Of a stretch of 64,000 nucleotides of DNA, positions 39,578 through 46,988 are shown one piece after another. Where the stretch lies: the NCBI RefSeq assembly GCF_051058965.1, contig NZ_CP183924.1; one strand, given 5' to 3'. The translations under genes and the position numbers were made by a program. The DNA comes from Corallococcus exiguus (lineage in GTDB: Bacteria; Myxococcota; Myxococcia; Myxococcales; Myxococcaceae). The notes beneath the pieces are model-generated. The model worked only from the letters and a program-made list of their open reading frames with translations. It was not told the origin of the DNA and searched no databases. How positions within the stretch are numbered: the first letter of the stretch is position 1; the number at the start of each line of letters is the position of its first letter.

Positions 39578-41176
39578 ATGTTCAACGTCATCAACGTCTC
39601 CAAGGCCTATGGGCCCAAGAAGCTGTTCGAGGAGGTCAACGTCGCCTTCTCGCCGGGCCGCCGCTACGGCCTGACCGGTCCGAACGGGGCCGGCAAGTCC
39701 ACGTTCATGAAGATCCTCGCGGGAGACGAGGAGCAGGACATGGGCGACATCATCCGCCCGCGGAAGCTGGGCATCCTGCGCCAGGACCACTTCCGCTACG
39801 AGAGCGACCGCGTCATCGACGTGGTGCTGATGGGCAACCGCCACCTGTGGGCGGCGATGGACGAGAAGAACAAGCTGCTGGCCAAGTCCGACATCACCGA
39901 GGAGGACGGCAACCGGCTGGGTGAGCTGGAAGGCGTCATCGCGGAAGAGGACGGCTACTCGGCGGAGAGCGACGCGGCCACGCTGCTGGCCGGTCTGGGC
40001 ATCGAGGAGTCCTTCCACGAAGAGCCCATGCGCCAGCTGACGGGCGGCCTGAAGCTGCGCGTGTTGCTCGCGCAGGCGCTGTTCGGCAAGCCGGAAGGGC
40101 TGCTGCTCGACGAGCCCACGAACAACCTGGATATCGACTCCATCCGCTGGCTGGAGAACTTCCTGCATGTGTACGAGGGCGTGCTGATCACCATCAGCCA
40201 CGACCGGCACTTCCTGAACTCCATCTGCACGCACATCGCGGACATCGATTACGAGACCATCATCCAGTACACGGGTGGTTACGACGACATGGTCCGGCAG
40301 AAGTCGCAGCTGCGGACTCGGGTCGAGTCCGAGACGGAAGAGAAGAAGAAGAAGATCGCCCAGCTGCAGGACTTCGTGGCGCGCTTCCACGCCGGTACGC
40401 GAGCGTCGCAGGTGCAGAGCCGCATCAAGCAGATCGACAAGCTGAAGACGGAGGACCTGAAGCGCTCGAACATCGCGCGGCCGTTCATCCGGTTCGACCA
40501 GAAGGTGATCAGCGGTCGTCAGACGCTGATGTTCGAGGGCCTGAAGAAGTCCTTCGACGGGGTGCCGGTCATCAAGCCGTTCACGGGCCTGGTCTGCAAG
40601 GGCGAGCGCATCTGCGTGATTGGCCGCAACGCCGTGGGTAAGTCCACGCTGGTGAAGATGCTGGCCAACCAGCTGGAGCCGGACGCGGGGACCATCACCT
40701 GGGGCCACCAGGCGACGGTGGGCTACCTGCCGCAGGACCACCACGGCGTCATCCACAAGGGCACGACGTGCTTCGGCTACCTGCGGGAGATCAGCGAGAA
40801 GCTGACGAACGAGGAGATCTCGGGCGTGTTGGGCCGGATGCTCTTCTCGGGTGAGGAGCGGATGAAGGCGACGGACACGCTCTCCGGTGGTGAGACGGTG
40901 CGAGTGCTGTTGTCCAAGCTGATGATCACGCAGGACAACGTGCTGATCCTCGACGAGCCGACGAACCACCTGGACCTGGAGTCCATCGCGGCGCTGGCGG
41001 AAGGCTTGTCGAAGTTCGACGGCACGGTCATCTGCGTGACGCACGACCAGGAGCTCATCTCCGAGGTCGCGACCCGCATCTGGAGCCTGGAGGCGGGCAA
41101 GGAAGTGCTCGACTTCAACGGCCCGTATTCGGAGTTCAGGGAGAAGCACGCGGACGCGGCGCTCAAGCGCCGGTAG
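39578..41176 (+). CDS. ABC-F family ATPase (tandem ABC domains, no TM; YbiT/Uup/EttA-like)
   Basis: Start MFNVINVSKAYGPKKLF. Two Walker A sites (GPNGAGKST; GRNAVGKST), two LSGG signatures and an inter-domain linker. 532 aa. The listed ORF starts at 39113 in an overlapping frame. Confidence 0.85.
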   Translation: MFNVINVSKAYGPKKLFEEVNVAFSPGRRYGLTGPNGAGKSTFMKILAGDEEQDMGDIIRPRKLGILRQDHFRYESDRVIDVVLMGNRHLWAAMDEKNKLLAKSDITEEDGNRLGELEGVIAEEDGYSAESDAATLLAGLGIEESFHEEPMRQLTGGLKLRVLLAQALFGKPEGLLLDEPTNNLDIDSIRWLENFLHVYEGVLITISHDRHFLNSICTHIADIDYETIIQYTGGYDDMVRQKSQLRTRVESETEEKKKKIAQLQDFVARFHAGTRASQVQSRIKQIDKLKTEDLKRSNIARPFIRFDQKVISGRQTLMFEGLKKSFDGVPVIKPFTGLVCKGERICVIGRNAVGKSTLVKMLANQLEPDAGTITWGHQATVGYLPQDHHGVIHKGTTCFGYLREISEKLTNEEISGVLGRMLFSGEERMKATDTLSGGETVRVLLSKLMITQDNVLILDEPTNHLDLESIAALAEGLSKFDGTVICVTHDQELISEVATRIWSLEAGKEVLDFNGPYSEFREKHADAALKRR

Positions 41177-41198
41177 TTCTTCGCTCCTTCAGGCTGTG

Positions 41199-41247
41199 CC
41201 CAACGCCGCCCGTTTCCGGTTTTTCCGGAAGCGAGGCGGCGTTTTCG
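41199..41247 (+). terminator. Rho-independent terminator after ABC-F gene
   Basis: AACGCCGCC...(ccggtttttccgg inner hairpin)...GGCGGCGTT followed by TTTCG. Confidence 0.5.
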
Positions 41248-41436
41248 TGCCCGGATCATTGGTCCGACCTCAGAGGCCCGTAGCCATCCTGGGTCAATTC
41301 CACCCGCCCTCTCCAATACCCTTGAAGGTCATTGGCGACATGGCGCTCAAGACGAACTCGATTATCGTTACGCAATAGATCTCGGCGGCGCGAAGCTAAA
41401 GGACACAGCATCTAGAACAACAACGCGGCCTGGCTG

Positions 41437-43041
41437 ATGCTACCAAGCCACAAAACAGTTCCCCCATACACTCCCATGACCGCATCGCTACAACAGCTAG
41501 GCGAAACAGTAAAAGTCTACAGGCAAGCGCGCCGAATCACCCAAAGCCAACTCGCTGCACGAATATCACCTCGAACAAACCGCTCCGTAGTTGCTCATCT
41601 TGAGCAAGGCATACGCCTCCCTCCTCGATCAGCACTACGAAGTATTTGCCGATACCTAGAAATCCCAACAGAGCTTTGGCTACCTTTCGAGATCGAGGCC
41701 GTAAGACTTCGAACAGTACAAGAACTGAACGCAGGCTCCACGCCGCAGGGACTCCCGCACTTCATTTCCATATCAGGCCTACAGGCCAGCGGCAAAACAA
41801 CGCTAGCAAGAAAACTCGCATCACTACTTGGATATTCATACATAGGACAAAGCATAGCAGGGAAAGAATATCTCCCAGATCTCAAAAAAGACCCAACACG
41901 ATGGGCGTACGAAACACAAGTTGCATTTCTCTGCCACAAGGCCTTTGAAATATCAGAAACACTAGGCAAATCCCGCAGGACAATTATAGATCGATCCATA
42001 TATGAAGACGTAAACATATTCGCACAGAGCTTTTTCAACTCCGGCAACATGGACCACAGAGCATTTGAAACATACAAGGCTCTCGCCAACCACTTCATTG
42101 AAAACATCCCCCCACCCGAGCTTGTAATTTTCTGCGAAGTCGCACCCACCACATCGTTCGCAAGAATAAGAGAGCGCGCCCGCGAGGACGCAAACCTAAA
42201 CACACAGGAGCAAATCAACGCACTACATAACCTCTACACCCAATGGATCTCATCCCACAAGGACTCTTCCATCTGGGCAATAAACAGCGAGCAATTCGAC
42301 TGGCGCACCGATGACGTCGCCAAAGACATCTGCGCGGAATTATCAAGAACATGGAGCAAGCGAGCCACGCCGGAGTCCCAGCTCACGCTATTTGACATGA
42401 TTTTGTCTCCGGCAGACACTGAACCAGCCGAACCAACTCAACGATATTTCACTATCGTCCACGAAAAACCGCGAGCATCAGGCGAAGCACCAAGACTTTC
42501 AGTCGCCAGCGTAACACCGCTCTACCCTACCGCTTACATCGCGGCACCATTCACCAACAAAGCAAAGGCGGAACCAAAGAGAAAGAAAGACTTGGTTTCA
42601 GAAAAGGCCCCACATGGACTTATTGCTCCGGGCAGATACCGAAGCATGCTTCTAGGAATAGAAAAAACACTCAAGTCCATGGGGATCCACAGCTTCATAC
42701 CGCATCGCGACGTCAACAAGTGGGGACGACGAACCCTCACTCCCGATAAAGTTTTCCAAAACTGCTCCAACGCCGTCGAAGAATGCGATCTAATCATATC
42801 CATTCCAGGCCTTAGCCATGGGACCCACTACGAGCTTGGATTGGCAATCGGCCTCAAAAAACCAAGCATTATAATTCATTGCGACGAAATCAAAGAATCA
42901 TTCATAAGCACTGGCGCACAGTCCACCAGCGAACTTATTCTGCCGCTCTCATGCAAGAAAACGACTGAAATACCTCTCTTACTAGCTACGCCCGAAGCCA
43001 CTGCATTCCTCAAGAACTACTTCCCCATGAACACTAATTAA
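41437..43041 (+). CDS. tripartite fusion: XRE-type HTH + deoxynucleoside kinase (dNK/dCK-dGK family) + DNPH1/Rcl-like 2'-deoxynucleoside 5'-phosphate N-hydrolase (nucleoside 2-deoxyribosyltransferase fold)
   Basis: HTH at aa ~14-70 (LQQLGETVKVYRQARRITQSQLAARISPRTNRSVVAHLEQG). dNK at aa ~105-300: Walker A GLQASGKT, 'ERS' motif IDRSIYED, Arg-rich lid FARIRERARED. C-terminal aa ~365-490: YIAAPF...DLIISIPGLSHGTHYELGLAIGLKKPSIII, matching the DNPH1/NDT catalytic signature (S-x-G-x-x-YELG-x-A...KP-I). 534 aa; the alternative start M14 is at ~41476. Confidence 0.7.
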   Translation: MLPSHKTVPPYTPMTASLQQLGETVKVYRQARRITQSQLAARISPRTNRSVVAHLEQGIRLPPRSALRSICRYLEIPTELWLPFEIEAVRLRTVQELNAGSTPQGLPHFISISGLQASGKTTLARKLASLLGYSYIGQSIAGKEYLPDLKKDPTRWAYETQVAFLCHKAFEISETLGKSRRTIIDRSIYEDVNIFAQSFFNSGNMDHRAFETYKALANHFIENIPPPELVIFCEVAPTTSFARIRERAREDANLNTQEQINALHNLYTQWISSHKDSSIWAINSEQFDWRTDDVAKDICAELSRTWSKRATPESQLTLFDMILSPADTEPAEPTQRYFTIVHEKPRASGEAPRLSVASVTPLYPTAYIAAPFTNKAKAEPKRKKDLVSEKAPHGLIAPGRYRSMLLGIEKTLKSMGIHSFIPHRDVNKWGRRTLTPDKVFQNCSNAVEECDLIISIPGLSHGTHYELGLAIGLKKPSIIIHCDEIKESFISTGAQSTSELILPLSCKKTTEIPLLLATPEATAFLKNYFPMNTN

Positions 43042-43046
43042 ACACC

Positions 43047-43991
43047 ATGGACACAATCCTTCACTGGTACAAAGAGCTAAGCCCAACATTACGAAGCTTC
43101 CTTCGCGTATTTCTTTCGTTTTCGCTTTTCTACTGTGGCATCTTCGCCGAGCACTACGTCACAAAAGATATCGACACCCTAACCATGGGGCCGCTAGCTC
43201 TTCGCGCGATATCAATGGGACTTGCCGGGCTTATCCTCTTCGGCATCTCGGCGACTTTCTCGTCAAGACTTGACAGTCTTTTTGATCGGGATCGGCGACA
43301 ACAAGAACACTTGGCATACGCCTCCAGTCTTATCTCGCAGTACATAGCAAGCCAAACCAAGACCGTCGCCGCAGCAAATGAGACTCCAACGCCCTCAAAA
43401 GACAGCCTCCTGCATTTGCTCGTGACCTCCAAGCCAAGAATCCAGGAAATAACAGACAAAGTATATCAATTTTTCGAATCAAAATACGGACAATCATCCA
43501 AGATCGAAGAAAAGATCGATTTTGAAGTCACATTCATGAGCAAATCATACATCGACCAGGGGATAACGATCCCCGCCTACGCAAATCGCATGGGACGGGC
43601 CCCAAAGAGCATGATTGATCGACAAGGCCATCCGGAACGATACAACCAAAGCGTCACCGCAGAAGTCTATCGAGACGGACGCCCTGAGATGCGCCTCATA
43701 TCAGACACTAGCGATCCCAAGGCAGGGTATGTCGCGCTCTACTCAGGCCAAACAGAGAGAATCAAATCGACAATAATCCAGCCAGTGCTATCTTTTGACA
43801 ATAGGATCCTTGGCACGCTGGTTGTCCACTGCGACCAAAAGGGATTCTTCAAGAATGATGATGGCAAATTCTGGCGAGAAATCTTCGAAGGGTTTGCGCG
43901 CAATTTGGCGCTCGAAAAAACGCGACTTGATGCATTGATGTCCACTTCTGTCGCGACCACACTTGGATTCTCGCCCGCTCCGCCATTTTAG
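43047..43991 (+). CDS. membrane protein with two N-terminal TM helices and a C-terminal cytoplasmic GAF-like/unknown domain (island partner gene)
   Basis: TM1 ~aa 17-37 (FLRVFLSFSLFYCGIFAEHY). TM2 ~aa 48-70 (PLALRAISMGLAGLILFGISATF). ~240-aa soluble domain with no recognisable catalytic motif. Same low GC and A3 codon bias as the upstream gene. 5-nt intergenic gap. Confidence 0.6.
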   Translation: MDTILHWYKELSPTLRSFLRVFLSFSLFYCGIFAEHYVTKDIDTLTMGPLALRAISMGLAGLILFGISATFSSRLDSLFDRDRRQQEHLAYASSLISQYIASQTKTVAAANETPTPSKDSLLHLLVTSKPRIQEITDKVYQFFESKYGQSSKIEEKIDFEVTFMSKSYIDQGITIPAYANRMGRAPKSMIDRQGHPERYNQSVTAEVYRDGRPEMRLISDTSDPKAGYVALYSGQTERIKSTIIQPVLSFDNRILGTLVVHCDQKGFFKNDDGKFWREIFEGFARNLALEKTRLDALMSTSVATTLGFSPAPPF

Positions 43992-44377
43992 GCTGGGCAC
44001 CAGAATCCCATTTTGGCTCCAGACCTGCGAGTGCGGCAGCGGCGAATGTCATCATAATCACACAACTTCATCAGCAATAACGGCGCAACCTGCCCGCGTC
44101 TCGCGAATAACGATAATTCTAAATTCACTCTCGACCGCGCCGTTCGCCGGTTCACTTTATACATACCAGGCGTTTCTCAGCCTAGCAGCACTGTTCTCTA
44201 GTGGTGTGTATACAGTCCCAGTGACTTATCCCTGCAACGCAATTGGTCGGTGAACAACTGCTGAATCAAGATCAGCCGTTTTCGCTGCCAGTCAAGCCGA
44301 TTCAGGCTCATGTTGCCTTATCCAGAGAATCGTTCTTGATGCCGGGGGGACGGCGTCAGTAGGTATGATGCAAGGCC

Positions 44378-45832
44378 ATGTACCCGACACGCCGTCTTCT
44401 GGCCCGTGGACAGTGGTTGTTCGATCTCAGACCGCATCGGCTCATCGTCTTCCACGGGCATGGAGGCGTGCGCCAAGAGGTCAGTGGAAACGTGCCGGAT
44501 ACTCCGTCCGCGCCCGTGGTGCTCGCCGCGCTGGATGAGGCAGAGGACGTCTGGGTGGGTAGCGGGGATCGGCGTGTCTTCTCCGTGGGGACCGGCGCGA
44601 GCGCTCCTGTCCAAGCCTTTCCGAGGGAGTGCTTCGATCTCACCACAGATGGAGACCGGCTCATTGGAACGGTGGTGGACGGCTCCCTCAAACTGGCCAC
44701 CCTCTTCACAACCGATGGATCCGGACAACGATGGGAGCCCATGACCCTGCCCAAGCCCGTGAGCGCCAGTCACGGGTACGGCTATAGCGAGGGGCGTCCT
44801 CACCGTCAGTCCCCCGATGGGGCGTTCCTCGACACGGGCCCTTTCGGCATCACCGTCGTGGAGAAGGGCCGGGGCCGCGTCTACGTGCTCCGCCCGGGGG
44901 CGGCGCAGCCAGAGGGCGCTCTCCAGGTGGAGCCGGGCCATGAGCAGGACATCTGGCGGGCCCAGGCCACACCCCACGGCGTGCTCCTCCTGCTCGTCAT
45001 CAACTACCGGCAGACGGCGCTCCTCCACTTCGCGCTCGACGGCACCCTGCTCGGCTCCATCCCGGAGCAGGATGATGAGGATGATGAGGCTGCGGATGAC
45101 CTGACCTGGGGTGGTGCCGGGATGTGCGTCCTCGACGCAGACCGGGCGCTCCTCTTCGTGCAGGACAAGACCCTCCTGGTGTCCCTGCCTGGGCTCCAGG
45201 TGATCGAGACGCTCGTGGGGGAGTGGCCCCACTTCGTGTCCGTGGCCCCTGCGGGGCCTTACCGGTGGTGGGTGGGCCCCGAGGACAGTGACGCGCTCTT
45301 CCTGCTCACCGCCGAGCCCGGACAGCCCTTGCGCCTCGACGCCTCGAACCGTCCGGTGAGCCCGGGCGCGCCGCTCATGCACGTGGGCTACAAGACGCCC
45401 GCGATCCACTGGACCGAACACACCTCGGCGCCGCTGACCGTGTCCTCCCCCGTGGCAGAGACGTGGCGGGCGGTGTTGCGCAACGACGGTACCGCTTGTG
45501 AGGCGGTGCGGATCCGCGTGTCAGGGGTGCTCATCGGCGCTCGCGTGGTGGACGTGAGCGTGCGGTATCGCGGCCAGCCGCTCCCGATGGTGGAGGAGCA
45601 GCGCGTGAACGTCGTGGGGGTTACCGCCGGACTGGAGGGAGGGGCCACCGCGGAGCTGGAAGTGACCTTCAAGCCCCGGAGCGAGGGCTCGGGACCGCTG
45701 ACCATCACCGTCGAGCCATGCTCCTGGCAGTCGAAGGGCAAAGAGTGGCAGTGGCAGACCCAAGAGGAGTCTCGCGCCCTCGCGGCGACGGGCCATCCGG
45801 CATCCGCCCAGTTCCTGCTCACGGTGGAGTAG
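44378..45832 (+). CDS. hypothetical protein (high-GC, host-like composition)
   Basis: 484-aa ORF with GC3 bias. No recognisable motif. True start uncertain. Confidence 0.5.
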   Translation: MYPTRRLLARGQWLFDLRPHRLIVFHGHGGVRQEVSGNVPDTPSAPVVLAALDEAEDVWVGSGDRRVFSVGTGASAPVQAFPRECFDLTTDGDRLIGTVVDGSLKLATLFTTDGSGQRWEPMTLPKPVSASHGYGYSEGRPHRQSPDGAFLDTGPFGITVVEKGRGRVYVLRPGAAQPEGALQVEPGHEQDIWRAQATPHGVLLLLVINYRQTALLHFALDGTLLGSIPEQDDEDDEAADDLTWGGAGMCVLDADRALLFVQDKTLLVSLPGLQVIETLVGEWPHFVSVAPAGPYRWWVGPEDSDALFLLTAEPGQPLRLDASNRPVSPGAPLMHVGYKTPAIHWTEHTSAPLTVSSPVAETWRAVLRNDGTACEAVRIRVSGVLIGARVVDVSVRYRGQPLPMVEEQRVNVVGVTAGLEGGATAELEVTFKPRSEGSGPLTITVEPCSWQSKGKEWQWQTQEESRALAATGHPASAQFLLTVE

Positions 45833-46988
45833 CGCGAACCTTCTCGGGCTCGGGCACGGCGCTCATCTTCCAGATCAGAGCGCCCCCTCCAATGAGGAAC
45901 CCCAGTCCCACTGCCGCCGCAAGGATCCAGCCTCGTCTCACGCGAGACCGTGCCTGGCTCTCCGGGCCTTCCGGAGCCGGGGCCGTGACGGTCGGGCCGT
46001 CGCTCGGAGAGACCTGCTGGACGAGTTGTGCCACCTGTCGTGGGGTCACCGGCTCACCCGACGAGCGGATGAACTCCTCTAGATCCGCCTGGAACGCGCG
46101 GCAGTCCGGGTAGCGCTGCTCGCGATCCTTGGCGAGCGCCCGGGCGATGGTGGCTCGCAGCGCGCCGTGCAGGTCCGGCCGGTGCTGCTCCACGGGCACC
46201 ATGGGCGCGGATAAGACAGCCGCCATCACGGCCCAGTCGGACTTGGCCTCAAATGGCTTGCGCGTGGTGAGCAGTTCGTAGAGCACCACACCGAGCGAAT
46301 AGACATCCGCCCGCCGGTCCACCGGAAAGCCCCGGATCTGCTCGGGCGCCATGTACACGTGCTGGCTCAGATGGGGGATATGGTGTTGGGGGGTCCATCG
46401 GGAGCGGAAGTCCTCGATGCCAAAGTCCACCACCTTCGCCGTCCCCTGGCGCGACAAGAGGATGTTGTATGGCCGGATGCAGCGATGGGTGAGCTCCAGC
46501 GGCTGCTTCGTCTTGGGATCGGTGAGGTCGTGGGCATGGGCGAGCCCCGCGCAGGCTTGCGAGATGATGCGCGCGCACAGGGTCGCCGACAGGGTCATCC
46601 GCTGGGCCGCCAGGTGATTGATCAACTGGCGCAGGCTGGGCCCATCGACGTGCTCCCTGGCGAGGAAGTACGTGCCGTCCGCCTCACCGAAGTCGACGAC
46701 CTTCACGAGGTTCGGGTGCTTGAGCGGCGCGACACTCTTCGCCGTGTCGAGGAACATCTCCGGGAAATCCACCTGCTCGGCCATGTCCGACCGGAGGCAC
46801 TGGAGCACCAGCGTCTTCTCGACGCCCCGCGGGCCAGCAGTCTTGGCCAGATGGTCCTCGATGATACCGCCGGAGAGCAGGCGGATGCGCTGGTATTTGC
46901 CAACTTGGGATGTCACGAGACGTATGAATAGCAGACCATGATCCGGTATCGCTTCCTTGGGCTTCTTCTGGCGCTGCTTCCGCTCCAT
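45819..46988 (-). CDS. membrane-anchored Ser/Thr pseudokinase (degenerate catalytic motifs)
   Basis: Kinase fold is recognisable (VDFGIED DFG-like motif, YMAPEQ). G-loop degenerate (LSGGIIEDHLA). VAIK Lys replaced (TLVLQCL). HRD-motif Asp replaced (HRCIRPYNILL). C-terminal Pro-rich region and TM helix (WILAAAVGLGFLIGGGALIW). Start taken at MERKQRQ. Confidence 0.65.
   Translation of the reverse strand: MERKQRQKKPKEAIPDHGLLFIRLVTSQVGKYQRIRLLSGGIIEDHLAKTAGPRGVEKTLVLQCLRSDMAEQVDFPEMFLDTAKSVAPLKHPNLVKVVDFGEADGTYFLAREHVDGPSLRQLINHLAAQRMTLSATLCARIISQACAGLAHAHDLTDPKTKQPLELTHRCIRPYNILLSRQGTAKVVDFGIEDFRSRWTPQHHIPHLSQHVYMAPEQIRGFPVDRRADVYSLGVVLYELLTTRKPFEAKSDWAVMAAVLSAPMVPVEQHRPDLHGALRATIARALAKDREQRYPDCRAFQADLEEFIRSSGEPVTPRQVAQLVQQVSPSDGPTVTAPAPEGPESQARSRVRRGWILAAAVGLGFLIGGGALIWKMSAVPEPEKVRATPP

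Larger units (their letters stand above)
41250..44370. mobile_element. low-GC (~50%) horizontally acquired island (no integrase/transposase recognised)
   Basis: Abrupt compositional switch from ~70% GC to ~50% GC. The two ORFs inside use A-ending codons (cta, ata, aga, cga, aaa, aca) that are essentially absent from flanking genes. AT-rich intergenic spacers. No flanking tRNA or direct repeats were recognised by eye. Confidence 0.6.

Noticed and set aside
39563-41149. 528-aa minus ORF opposite ABC-F
   Set aside because: Antisense shadow of a gene with two complete ABC cassettes.
41196-41378. 60-aa ORF between the ABC-F terminator and the island gene
   Set aside because: Overlaps the terminator hairpin. 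No RBS. Composition is intermediate. Most likely non-coding.
43963-44253. 96-aa ORF in the AT-rich spacer after the island's second gene
   Set aside because: Overlaps the 3' end of the upstream gene out of frame and spans an AT-rich likely promoter/terminator region. No supporting features.
41250-44370. Searched island flanks for tRNA gene, integrase, or direct-repeat att sites
   Set aside because: None recognised by eye. Only a 9-nt inverted match (aacgataat) was seen, too short to be meaningful.
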